Assembly: GCF_001194135.2 (NCBI RefSeq)
Contig: NC_068984.1
Coordinates: forward strand, 61,905,859 to 61,952,654
DNA from: Octopus bimaculoides
Lineage: Eukaryota
Direction of reading: 5' to 3'
DNA length: 46,796 bases
Notes under the pieces: model-generated
Databases searched by the model: none
What the model saw: the letters and a program-made list of their open reading frames with translations, nothing else
What the model was told of the DNA's origin: nothing
Shown here: piece by piece, positions 1-13,013 of the stretch
Layout of the letters: every line of letters starts with the position of its first letter
How positions within the stretch are numbered: the stretch's first letter is position 1
Program-made: the position numbers and the translations under genes

Positions 1-512
1 ATATATATATATATATATATATATATACACGTAGTCTTGTTCACAATAGGGCTGTCACTGTCTGTGGAGCTGACCAGGCCCACCAGTTACCCTCATCCCT
101 GGCGGTCTCGTGGCAGCGTTTCTGTACGCCACAAGCCTATATCAAGTTTCTGGAAATCTTCCTTCATCACGTTCAGCTTCCTGGTGCTATTACTGTATAT
201 ACTGCCCCTTTAATTTACATTTCCTGTATTTAAGGTTAGCTTACGTTACTAAAACGGTATTAATTGTTCACGAAGCTAATACGTACTATATGTAGACATT
301 TACACATTCTTTCATCTATACTTTTAAGTGCAGACCTTCCGAAACCTATTCCATTCTTCCCGAGCGTTAAACTAATGCACCAATACACCTGCCTGTTGTT
401 CCTAGACCTGTTCTCGTCTTTTGCTTTCTGTAAATTTGAATAACATGTGTGCGCTCGCACGCGCGTGCGTTCGTGTGTGCGCCTGTGAGTTTGTGGGTGT
501 GTATTAATGCCT

Positions 513-728
513 GTCTTTGTGTCTGTATTCCAACAATCGCTTGACAACCAATATTGGTGTGTTTACATCTCCGTAACATAGCGGTTTAGCAAAATGATTT
601 GATGGAATAAGTATTAAACTTAAAACATAAATCCTGGAGACCATTTGTTCGACTAAACCCCTTAAAATCTGTGTTCCAGAGTGGCCCCATTCAAATCACG
701 GAAACAAGTAAGAGAATAAAAGAATAAA
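513..728 (+). mobile_element. SINE family 1, 3' half only
   Basis: Matches the 3' half of the 1118-1500 copy (atcgcttgacaac...ggtgtgtttacatctccgtaacatagcggtt...gcaaaa; ends gaaacaagtaagagaataaaagaataaa). Confidence 0.75.
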
Positions 729-1117
729 TCTACAAAGAATGAGATCCTACCGGTTGGATAGAAGCACTCCTTTCACCATTAATTAAAACGTCCCATTATC
801 CATTACAATTTATCGTTTGAATCTGTTTGTAAATGCTTATTGAAATCTAGAGTACATTGTAAACGTGATAGTTTCTCCTCCGTGAAGTTTATGTACTAAA
901 GTCTGCAAAATTGGTTGTAATTCCCTACACTGTCAAAACGAGTATTTGTATGTTTCGTTTAAAACGCGTCGTGGGAGAGGAAAAAAAATTAATGTCGCTT
1001 CAAGGCATAAGACCATTACAATTAATGAATTGTACTGGTGTTGAATTCGACGAAACATTATATGAAGAAATTGAAAAATCTCAGTAAAGACTTATGCTAA
1101 TACAGATTAAATACATA

Positions 1118-1500
1118 GGCGCAGGAATTACTATGTGGTTAAAAGCTTGTTTCCCATCCATATCGTCCTGGGTTGAGTCCCACTCTGTAGCGCCTGGTGC
1201 AATTACTTTCTACTATGGTCTCGGGCCGACCAAAGCTTTGTGAGTGGATTTGGTAGACGGAAACTGAAAGAAGCCCGTTGTATATATATATATATATAAT
1301 GTATAATGTGTGTATTTGTGTGTCTGTGTTTGGACGCCCACCATCGCTTAACAATAGATGTTAGTATTTATGTCTCCGTATATTAGCGCTTCGGCAAAAG
1401 ACACCGATAGAATAAGTCCCGGGATCGATTTGCGCGACTAAAGGTTGGTGCTCCTCATGGGCACAGTCAAATGACTGAAACAAACAAAAGAATACAAGAA
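1118..1500 (+). mobile_element. Near full-length tRNA-headed SINE (family 1, cephalopod-type) with internal (TA)/(TG) tract
   Basis: Head ggcgcagg...tgtggtt, B-box-like gggttgagtccc, body gtgagtggatttggtagacggaaactgaaagaagcccg, 3' gcacagtcaaatgactgaaacaa and A-rich tail. The 5' half recurs at 10565 and the 3' half at 513. Confidence 0.85.
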
Positions 1501-2666
1501 TACATACATACATCCGCACATAGATACATACATTTGTGTATGAATACACACACAAATACGCCCACATATATATACATACATATGTATATTTGAATTAGAT
1601 GTGTTAGATATATTACGTAATGTGCTGTTCGTAGCGATACATAATGGTTTATGTATATAATAAAAATACGAAAACTTAGTTAAGCTAGAATTTAAGCATA
1701 AATATAATAATACTGTTAACAGCAAATCTACTAGATTAAATTAGCATTTGTGTGTTAATATGAACAATTTATAGCTTCCCTAATATGTATAATATACTGC
1801 CGTATATTCTTACGCAATATTATAAACCTCTATAATTAAATGCAAGTAATTAATTGAAAAGTAAAGTTATTCGAAAACGATTTCTCCGGTTCCTACTAGG
1901 AATTTTCGCTTTCGTGTCACTGAAGACACATAATTAGAAATTCGTATTTGCCATGGGCGAAGGATCAGCTCCGACAGATTATGTATGTGTAAGTATGTAT
2001 GCATATGTGTGTCCATACATGTTTATGACAGTGTCTATGTATAAGCATATGCGCATATCTTTATATATTCATATGACAAACTTCATTTTCACTTCATGTT
2101 GGGGCTTAAATGACAAATTAAACGCTTTGGGAGGAAAGAAGGAAAATTTATCTTGAAACTTATTTTAGCTGATATCATCACAAAACTTTATGCTCAGTGC
2201 TATTTTTGGTTACCGAGAAATAGCTATCAGCTGCATATACCTAGGTCATGTTCTTTCTAAGATTGGTGAACACTGATTAATTACGAGTGGTGAATGATAA
2301 TTTCTCTCATTTTTTTTGTGAGTCATATAAAGAGAAATTCTTTATTCGTTATCTTCAGAATTTTTTGACGAAAGATACAAGTTACAGAAATGAAGTGTAG
2401 GCTACCATGCCGTTACTATAAATTTTCATCTCGCTGTCTACGTTTGTTGATATTTTTCTTGAGGTATTATGCACTGAATCTTAAAAAAAGAATTCTATTA
2501 AGATATTTTATATATATATTATTTTAATTTTTACTTGTTTCAGCTTATCGATTGCTATTTCCAGCAAAAATTGGTACTTTTTTTGTGCTACTATTTCCTA
2601 TTTATACTTCTACTTTTACGGTGCTTCATTTCACTGGAAAACAATATTATTGTATTGTAATACAGA

Positions 2667-3194
2667 GTTATTCAAAAAGAATGAACCGAATTCATTCCGC
2701 AATATTTTAATAAGGAAAAGCAATAGAAAACTCCAGCTAAGTCACAACTATTTACTCACAATCAACTTTTATTTCCTGTCTTAAAAGTGTCCAATGTGGC
2801 CTCCACTTGCAGCATGAGCAACATCACTGCGATATGAGAATTCCTCCCAGACGCATATCAGCATATCACGATCCACTGAGTGCTTCTTTGGCCATCTGGT
2901 TCAACGCTTTATTGAAGTTTTTCCATCTCCCTTGCATGCCAATAACTTCTGGAATCGCATCAACCAAGCAAATTAATTATTTAGTTCCATAATGGAATGC
3001 TTTTAATATGGTGATACGCGTCTGGGAGGAATTCTCTTTATCGCATTGATGTTACCCGTGCTGCAGGTGGTAGCTACATTGAACATTGTAAGACACAATG
3101 TTGTGAGTAAATACTTGTGACTTAGCTGGAGCTTTCTATTGCTTTCTTTATTAAAATATTACGTAATAAAATCCGTTCATTCTATTTGAATAAC
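2667..3194. repeat. Long imperfect palindrome (foldback/MITE-like): arms 2667-2866 and 3006-3194
   Basis: agcaatagaaaactccagctaagtcacaactatttactcaca (2719-2760) is nearly the reverse complement of tgtgagtaaatacttgtgacttagctggagctttctattgct (3102-3143). gagaattcctcccagacgc is mirrored by gcgtctgggaggaattctc. Confidence 0.85.
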
Positions 3195-3365
3195 CCAGTA
3201 ATATTTTCGGTTTAATATAAACCTATTTCACTGATCTCGGTTCTGTATATGGTACCTTGTTGGGTCACTATTTCCTATTTATAATTCTACCTTTAGGGTG
3301 CTTTATTTCGCTGGAAAACAAAATGATTGTGTTCTAATAATATTAATAATACATATGTGTATGTA

Positions 3366-3433
<68 letters not shown>

Positions 3434-5289
3434 GAGACAGAGAGAGACAGAGAGAGACAGAGAGAGAAAGAGAGAGAAAGAGAGGTGATCATGTGGATAA
3501 ACAAAATAGATAAATTAAATATATCAACTATAATATGTTGGGTATGAAATACAAAATATGTATATATATATATACACGCAAAAAGAGAGACGGACAAAAG
3601 TAGAGACTTTCAGATGGTGTAATTTTAAGTTTAAATAGATATTTATATTAACAGGACTAACCTAGAAAGAGTACAAAAGAATCGCTTACCGTCTGTAACA
3701 TAGTGAGGATAACTGAGTTACGTACCTTTGCAGGCAACGCCACCAGATAATGAGGATAGCTGAATTACGCCCCTTTGCTGGTAAAACACCATCAGGTGGT
3801 GTGCCAGGTGGCACCTATATATTCCTTTTTTTGGGGCGCTCTACCTTTCACGCCATTTTGGACACCAAAGAGCACGAATAACTCTCCTGCCTCAGGCACA
3901 GACCACATGTGGTTAGCTGCTTAATAGATTTCATACCACCGTCATTCTCCTGCTTTATCATGGTAATTTGTTCAGTAAGTAAATTTATCGGCACAGCCTA
4001 CGAGAGAATCAACTGCCGTGTTACCAACTTCGTTGACATTTGCCATGAATTTGTTACAGTAAGTCCAAGCCATGAACTGAATATATTTTCTGACTAAAAC
4101 CTCACACATGACACTGCACACGTGTTTTTGTTACCTTTAGAGTTTTGTCTCATGACTAGGTAGCTCTTATTTGTTATTCAAAAGGATGTGGATATTCCCA
4201 AGAATGGGATATTTGATTTCTTACACCATGTAAAAGCTGTGTTTGTGCCATCTATTCTAAATAAAAGTCTTCATCATATACACAATCGACACGCTAAACA
4301 TCTTTTGCCGCCACAACCCCATCATTACATAATAAATTCTCAGATGTAATATTATCTTGTAAACACAGCTTCTACTAATCGTTTGCCTATTCTATTAAAT
4401 ATATGTAATCCCATAACTATAATTATTTTTAATTAAAATTAACCTTGAAGTACGACAAGGTTAGCCTAGCAGCTTACCATCTCAACTAATACCACCCCAC
4501 TTGGTAAGCTATTTATTATCATTCTTATCTTTGCAAATTCCTCTAACTCACCACATCTGCCTCCTTTACAGCCTCTTAAACCGCATAAGTGGTATTCTTT
4601 CCCTCCTCTCATTTCTCCTCTTCAACCAAAAGCACTTAATACTACTCCATTCAATTAGGTGTTAACATATCGACCCCTTCCCCTTGCTCTCTATTCACCC
4701 CCTCTATTTAATTTCACACACCTCTGTATACCTCAGTACTCACCCACAAATGCCAACCCACATTCATTAATTCTACTAACCACTGTTATCTTGACCACCA
4801 ACTAAACGCCCCACTCTATCCATCTCCTTCTATCTTTCATATTTTTCTACATTCCTTAGTAATCTCCCTCTGCCACTGAACTAGACTCTTTACCTCCCTC
4901 GAGTAATTGCCATTCCATTTCTCATTATTTCAAATTCCAAAAGTTCTATAGCTATAATTCCTAACTTTGACACCTAAACCCAAATCCAGCACATCTCACT
5001 CCCATACAAATAATTTCTATCCTACCCCTGCTATTCCTCTCCCAACTCGCCACCTCTCCTACCACCTCCCTAAGTACCTTCATTAATAACCCCTCACTCT
5101 TCCTGAGTTATCTTTTCACCTCTCACCATTCCATGTCTTAATACTCCTCATAAACTCACCGATATCCTGTTTTCGCCTTCTAATACAGCTAGCTCTTCAC
5201 ATTTAATCATTCCATCGTTTCTCTACATTAATATCTGAAATATTAAGATGTTCTCTACCCATATGATTTACCAACATTATTATGGATCT

Positions 5290-5560
5290 CCAACAGAAGT
5301 GAACAGAAGTTGAGAGAGGCCAGAAGGGAATGAGAAAGAGTTAAAGAAACGGTTAGAGCATAGTTGGTGTTGTGGATGTGGGAGGGGAGGGAAACCACGA
5401 GGAGCAAGAACACGGTCGAGATATTTGCAAATAATTTCCGTGGGACAGTTGCAGGGGCGGCCAAGGTTGTCAAGCTTGTGAATTTTATAAAGAAAGTAAA
5501 TTGTGGGGAGGAGGCAATGTTCTCGAATATGTTGATAGTTAGACGTGGTGTTGGAGGGCA
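5290..5560 (-). mobile_element. Penelope-like element reverse transcriptase fragment (frameshifted)
   Basis: Minus-strand translation across frames reads PTIYFLYKIHKLDNLGRP-CNCPTEIICKYLDRVLAP / LVVSLPSHIHNTNYAL / FFNSFSFP...LLFT. This matches the PLE RT N-terminal motifs (LPKIHK..PGRPI, PTE.IS..LD..L.P, LPS.I.DT..AL). Confidence 0.85.
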
Positions 5561-6838
5561 TAGGGCAATTGAAGGTGTGTGTTGTCCTGACGCAAAAAAA
5601 TAAAATTTTCTCTCTTTATGATTTCTATTACTGTTCATATTTGTTCGATAAACTTTGCGTGTTGGATCGTTACGGTTTGTGTTCTGTATTTTGTTTTTCA
5701 TTTTATTGTTATTACTATTTTTAACAATCTGGGGAAAGAATCTGGGTTCCCCCTGGGATCTAGACCGTTTTTTTTGCCCAGCTTCTTATAGGTAGACTTT
5801 GTTCAGATCTTAAGAATGATCTTCTAGCTTTTCTATCCTTAATGGTTTGATCAAATATCTGTTTTGCTTGTGTTTTTTTTTTTTACCTGTGGTCAGAAAA
5901 TGTTTATGATATTCCCATTCAACAAACTACATGATTCAAGTGAAATTGAGAGAAATGCCAGAGAAAAGAATTTAATTGATAAATTCAAACTCGTTCAAAA
6001 TAGACAGTCATAGTAACGGTGATATTTAAACGGATGATGGCGATAATAATACTACTACTGTTATTACTACTGCTACCACCGCCACCGCTAACAAAATGAA
6101 CAATAAAAGTGATGGGAGAGTGGTAGTAGTGTCTCCAAATAAACAATTCTGAAATAATAATAGAATTCAATGAAAACAATGAGTGTTGCTTACAACGTTC
6201 CGAAATATAGCCAAACAATTATTCCTTTAGGTGCGGTCAGAGTAAAGAATCTTTGACGTGCCCACCGAACCGTGATGTCTAAGCCACGTACTGATTGGTT
6301 GAAATACTGTTAGAACTTAGTTGGTACGCTCACCAATCCATGACATCTAATCCACATGCTGATAGATCAAAATACAGTTCGTAAGATTCAACTTGCTGGA
6401 GCCCATCGGAAGGTATTTAAAAGATAAATCCAACCATTTCACTATAGTTGTCAATTGTGGAACATGACTGCCACTGTATTAACCTGATGATTGCGTAACT
6501 CATGAAAGTACTAGTTTATTTCAATATTGTAAAATTGTAAAATACTAAAAATTGCAAATAAAAAAAAACGTGAAAATCAGACTGGGTAGGAATTTCATTC
6601 ATTAATATATTATTCTATACACAATCATAGAAACTTATATATATATATATATCACTATTTCTATTGTGTATATGCCAACATGTCTGCAAAGCAACAAACG
6701 AAATCAGACACAGAAATCCTTATCGATAATTTAAACTAGTACCCACTTAAACGTGGATGCTCTTTTGGAGAAAACATTACTGCGGTAGATACTATGAGAG
6801 AAACTCTCATATTGGCTTTTGGTGGAAAATACACTGTT

Positions 6839-6995
6839 GTTTATATCAGCAGCGGGGAGATAAATCCCCACCATCTCCAACACCATGATCACCAGATCAA
6901 ATGATTTTGGCCTTGTCTGGTCTCATCGACGAAGAACGCTCTGGTTGTTACAGCGCTGGAGATGGCGGTGATTACCTTCCCGCTAGCGATATAAA
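6839..6995. repeat. Imperfect inverted repeat (arms 6839-6896 and 6940-6995), possible MITE
   Basis: tttatatcagcagcggggagataaatccccaccatctccaac...accaga aligns with the reverse complement of tctggttgttacagcgctggagatggcggtgattaccttcccgctagcgatataaa. Confidence 0.65.
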
Positions 6996-7398
6996 TAAAG
7001 GGTCATTTTGTATCAGCAGCCAGTAAAGTTTGTTCTAACAGAACGTTCATGTTTAAGTGAGCATAGAAACTATCTTTCGGTATTGATACTACTCTGTGGC
7101 TATTATATAAATTATTATGTGTGATATTACTGAACATATTACTGTACAAGTGATTTACACATTGCTAAACAATCAGAAGGATCTAATAAAGCAAAATCGT
7201 GTAGGAGCCAAAAGTGTATATACCCGAATTGTATTTGATTCTACAATGCCAATATATTTCAGAATAGTACAAGTGATTCTTTTGCTAATTTTCATTTTAT
7301 TTCAGTATTAGGCATACAGGCAAACACAGACACACATTCACACTCACAGAATTACACACACACGCGCACGCAAACACGGACGAACACACATGCACACA

Positions 7399-7549
7399 CT
7401 CTCTCTCTCTCTCTTTCTCTCTCTCTCGCTTTCTCTCTCTCTCTATTTCTCTCTCTCTTTCTCACTCTCTATCTTTCTCTCTCTCTCTTTCTTTCTCTCT
7501 CTCTTTCTCTCTCTCTCTTACTCTCTCTCTCTCTCTCTATCTCTCTCTC
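7399..7549. repeat. (CT)n imperfect microsatellite
   Basis: Directly visible. Confidence 0.95.
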
Positions 7550-8159
7550 ACACATATATGTGTGTGTGTAAACTATGTTTCAATAATCCGTTACTTTGTG
7601 AAGAAGTCCTCCGCAGAAGTTTCCAAAATGCATTAAGAGGTCTCCGATTGTAAATCGTATGAAAACCGGTAAATTTATTCATCGCATGTACGTCGAGCAA
7701 CTTAAAGTAGTCTGTAAATATGGAGCGTAACAATATCTAAACAAAACTACGACATAAACTAACGTTTCATAATATATACTTTAGCCGAAATTGATCACTT
7801 GTTTTGGGAAGTATGTTGTTGATTTAATCGTTTTCAGTGTACTTCAAATAATTTATCAAGACCAAGAGGAAAGAAAAGCAAAGCCTGTATAGAATTATGT
7901 TTCTAGAATATATTCTTTGAAGATATATGTCTACCATATCTATATCGATAACAGTTACATTAATATGGCCAACATATATTCTCATCCTAAGTAAACATCA
8001 ATTATCATCAAAGCTCAAATAACGTCCTTCTAATGTAATATGGAAATAAGTATATGATCAGAATCTTCATAGACTCCATCCATGTTATTCTGAAAATGAT
8101 GTACATAGTCATTGGATCCCAGAAATTCGCCATTGACCACTAGTGCAAAGTACAAGCAT

Positions 8160-8206
<47 letters not shown>

Positions 8207-8253
8207 CATACGTACACACATACACACACATATATATATACTGACTCATATAA

Positions 8254-8291
<38 letters not shown>

Positions 8292-8309
8292 NNNNNNNNN
8301 NCTCTCTCT

Positions 8310-8341
<32 letters not shown>

Positions 8342-8970
8342 GTATAACAATTCCTAATCTCCTTTGATCAAATTTTCTCGTTTCTACATAACTTCCCTCT
8401 ATTTACCTAAAAGCCTGAATTATTCTATATTGCTTTCCCTTCAAGTTGTAGGATTATCATTCTGGAAAAAAATATACCTGTAATATTTTGTTTTTATTAA
8501 ACAACTTCAAACAGTTCGTAAAACAACTAACATTACTATCTATATTCAAGCTCCTTCGACTCCTCTGTAATATACATTGTCAATACAAATCACATACAAG
8601 TTTCTTCGACAGGAATTTCTTTACGCTTACCTGAGAAAATAGACGATGCCAGCTATCACATTAACGTACTCTTCTTCCTTCTCTCTTTCTTTGTCTCTAT
8701 CTGTTTGTCAATCCACTTAGAAGCATTTCTATTCAAATGAACGATATTACTCTTAAATCCGTGATGTGTCCACAAAAATAAACAATTCTAAATAGTAACG
8801 CTCCGTTATAAAACGTATAATACAAATCGAAATAAATTTCAAAAGTAGTTGTGTAATGTGGAGATGCGTTTGAACGTTGTAAGAGATGACTTTGTCGATG
8901 TGTAACAATAAAATCTTCCAGTAATAATACTTTCTACTATAAGCACAGTCTGAAATTTGCGAGAGGTGAA

Positions 8971-9140
8971 CTAGTTGATTACACCAACCCCACTCCTCAG
9001 CTGGTACTCACTTCATCGACTCCTAAAGGACGAAAGACAAGGTCGATCTCGGCGGAATTTGAACTCAGAATGTAAAGATGGACCAAATACCGCTAAGCAT
9101 TTTGCTCGGATTCCTGACGATTCTAACAGCTCACCGCCTT
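8971..9140 (-). mobile_element. tRNA-headed SINE (family 2)
   Basis: Minus strand reads aaggcggtgagctg...gcttagcggtattt...ctgagttcaaattccgccgag (B-box GAGTTCAAATTCC)...gtcgatgaagtgagtaccag. Homologous to 38743-38973, 14147 and 45465. Confidence 0.85.
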
Positions 9141-10472
9141 AAAAGAAAAAAAAAAAGGTTCCAGTAATAATAAATGCAGTGATATGAATGTGACTTGTAA
9201 ATGCATAACTCTGTTTCACAGTAGATTTGCAAAATAGCACATAGAAAAGCTCCATGTTTCTGTTTAAAAGAATTCCTATATAAATTTACGTGACAAACAA
9301 TTATTTTAAATAAGTAAATGTTACCCTTTTAGCATTAATCTAATTACCATAATTAATCAAATTTTGATGAACAAATGTTGTCATAGAAAACAATATTAAT
9401 TTATATGACGAATAATAAATAATCCATTTCATGGAAATTCTAAAATGCAAAGTGTTAAAACGTACATCAGATCACATGCGCGTGCACACACACGGATGCA
9501 CAATACACGTGCACACACACACACACATACACAAATGTGTGTATATTTTGTGCACATATGAGTCCGTTTATGTATGCAAGTCCCTTCCTACCGTTTTTAA
9601 AGTGTGTAATTGAAAAGTATGAAAACTAATTTGTTTTTCTATTGTTCTTCCATTTAGCAGTTTGGAAGCGTATGCTTCACACATCTTCAGATCTAACAAT
9701 ATTTTCAATAAATGATGCATTACTAAAAATTCTAATTAACGACCTAACATCAAAGTAATTTATTGTTTAATAAATTGATTTATAATTTATTGTTCTAAAT
9801 ACATTAATTCATTTATTGTAGATTATTTCTAAGAAAATATTGAATCTATATGTATATATTGTTATCCCAAACCAGGCTATGAACCAATGTTAACTAACAC
9901 ATTATTCATATTTCCCAATTAAAAATAATCTATTTGAGAACATTCAATATATATATAAAGACGATTTTAAATCAAAGACATACACTTACAGCAAAATTTA
10001 TTCCACTGAATGGAATAACACAAATAATAGTTCCACAACTGCAGTAGTATGAATAAGTAATAGGTTTAATGTATTTTAAGAAACAGACACACACATATAC
10101 ACATCTTATCCGTATTATGTTGCTAGGGAAATACAATCCAGTAACAAGCAAGCACCTTATTTTCATAAATCGAAACTGAATTAGAGACAAAATGTTATTC
10201 ATTAAAACAAGTAAAACCAAGATATCACACACGTCTTTACACTTGACTTATAATAATTTCCGCATGATGGGCTTATATATTACTTAGGAGAATACTGTAA
10301 TTCAAATATTCGAAATACGATCCTCAATGAATAACTCAGTGTCTATTTACATGCATTGTGATAATACATATATATACACACATTTATGTATGTGATTATG
10401 TATAAATAAAATGATATAATATATGATACATATATATACGTATATATATATGTATATGTATGTGTGTGTGTA

Positions 10473-10507
<35 letters not shown>

Positions 10508-10517
10508 NNNNNNNNNN

Positions 10518-10560
<43 letters not shown>

Positions 10561-10564
10561 ATAA

Positions 10565-10730
10565 GGGCGCATGCATGGTTGTATGGTAAGAGGCTTACTT
10601 CCCAACCTCAGGTTCCGGAACTCAATCCTACTGCGTGCCACCTTGGACAAGTGCCTTCTGCTATAGCTTCAAACCAACCAAACCGTGTGAGTGGATTTGG
10701 CTGATGGAAACGAAAAGAAGCCCGGTGAAC
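10565..10730 (+). mobile_element. SINE family 1, 5' half (runs into microsatellite and gap)
   Basis: ggcgcatg...tggtaagaggcttacttcccaacc...ccaccttggacaagtgccttctgctatagc...gtgagtggatttggctgatggaaacgaaaagaagcccg, homologous to 1118-1280. Confidence 0.85.
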
Positions 10731-10785
10731 ATATATATTTATATGTATATGTGTGTCCGTGTGTGCGTGTGTGTGTGTGTGTGTG

Positions 10786-10824
<39 letters not shown>

Positions 10825-11618
10825 NNNNNNNNNNNNNNNNNNNNNNNNNNNNNNNNNNNNNNNNNNNNNNNNNNNNNNNNNNNNNNNNNNNNNNNNNNNN
10901 NNNNNNNNNNNNNNNNNNNNNNNNNNNNNNNNNNNNNNNNNNNNNNNNNNNNNNNNNNNNNNNNNNNNNNNNNNNNNNNNNNNNNNNNNNNNNNNNNNNN
11001 NNNNNNNNNNNNNNNNNNNNNNNNNNNNNNNNNNNNNNNNNNNNNNNNNNNNNNNNNNNNNNNNNNNNNNNNNNNNNNNNNNNNNNNNNNNNNNNNNNNN
11101 NNNNNNNNNNNNNNNNNNNNNNNNNNNNNNNNNNNNNNNNNATATATATATATATATATATACACATGGACAAAATGTATATTCTTACGAAGGAAAAAAT
11201 ATAGGTTAATTTGTCTGACGTTCATTGTACATAGATTAAAAGAATTATTATAAGGCATTTTTCAATGAGGAATATATTTATTGAAACTTCGGAATTTTCC
11301 CACTTGCATTATTTAAAAAAAAACTTGAAGACGAAGTAAAGAAAATAAATTGTCCTGGTATATTGTGGAATCATTTGGCTTTAGTTGCGGAGTTGAAGAA
11401 TCACTCGAATGGTATCAGATGCTGAAGATAAAGGTGTATGCATTAAAATAAACATAAATATTCACAGACAATAGGTAGCCTGCTACCGTTTTGCATGTAC
11501 ACAGGCATATACTTATCTACATACACATACACACGCATACCCACGCATACACACGCACACATGTGTATACACACATACACATGCACTCACACATCCAGAT
11601 GTATATATGTGCACCCAT

Positions 11619-11679
<61 letters not shown>

Positions 11680-13013
11680 CATACATACATACAAACATAC
11701 AAGAATGCATACACGTATACACGAATAGGTGTGTATATGTGTATATGCACGTATATATTGTACAATACATGAACGACTAAAGTTATGCATAACAAAACAT
11801 AACTTACAATTATAATATAGTTTTATATTTGTCATTATGAGTTATTGCAAACAACTAGAGTGAGATAGCAAATGGAATGGCAGTTACTACATTGCGCAAG
11901 ATGACTCAACGAAAGGGATTTAGAGCTAGATGGAAAACTAATCTGCCATATATGGTGTAACTAAGGAGTATTATCGTAAATTACTACGTATTTTCTATTG
12001 TAGTTGGTAATGTTTCCAACTCATCAATTATTGTTTTCCTGCATTTATGATGATGGCATTGGCAGAGGAAACGGTTGGTCGGTGACATATTTTCGTACTG
12101 TACCCATAAATAGTTTTCGATTAGAAAACAAAGAGAATGTTGTTTAATGAATTACGTAGATCTAGAATTATTTGATAGCAGTTGTCTTAATTTGATGTAT
12201 TGAATCTGAAAACATCTGGTTCTTATCACGATGCTGAATGAATGAAAGCATTTCGGTAAAAAAGGAATTGGAAAGGAGGTGTGACTCGATAAACGCCGCC
12301 TGACCTGTATGTATGTTGTGTACGTAGGTATGTATCTCACCCCCTTACCCTCCTCTCTCTAGTTGTATATATATATATATATATATNNNNNNNNNNNNNN
12401 NNNNNNNNNNNNNNNNNNNNNNNNNNNNNNNNNNNNNNNNNNNNNNNNNNNNNNNNNNNNNNNNNNNNNNNNNNNNNNNNNNNNNNNNNNNNNNNNNNNN
12501 NNNNNNNNNNNNNNNNNNNNNNNNNNNNNNNNNNNNNNNNNNNNNNNNNNNNNNNNNNNNNNNNNNNNNNNNNNNNNNNNNNNNNNNNNNNNNNNNNNNN
12601 NNNNNNNNNNNNNNNNNNNNNNNNNNNNNNNNNNNNNNNNNNNNNNNNNNNNNNNNNNNNNNNNNNNNNNNNNNNNNNNNNNNNNNNNNNNNNNNNNNNN
12701 NNNNNNNNNNNNNNNNNNNNNNNNNNNNNNNNNNNNNNNNNNNNNNNNNNNNNNNNNNNNNNNNNNNNNNNNNNNNNNNNNNNNNNNNNNNNNNNNNNNN
12801 NNNNNNNNNNNNNNNNNNNNNNNNNNNNNNNNNNNNNNNNNNNNNNNNNNNNNNNNNNNNNNNNNNNNNNNNNNNNNNNNNNNNNNNNNNNNNNNNNNNN
12901 NNNNNNNNNNNNNNNNNNNNNNNNNNNNNNNNNNNNNNNNNNNNNNNNNNNNNNNNNNNNNNNNNNNNNNNNNNNNNNNNNNNNNNNNNNNNNNNNNNNN
13001 NNNNNNNNNNNNN

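Noticed and set aside
3860-4330. Possible decayed coding remnant on the minus strand (Cys-containing patches)
   Set aside because: Stops in all frames and no motif I can assign; probably an old transposon but unsupported.
8626-8710. Perfect minus-strand donor CAG/GTAAG with short open frame (EEEYVNVIAGIVYFL)
   Set aside because: There is an in-frame stop just upstream and no acceptor.
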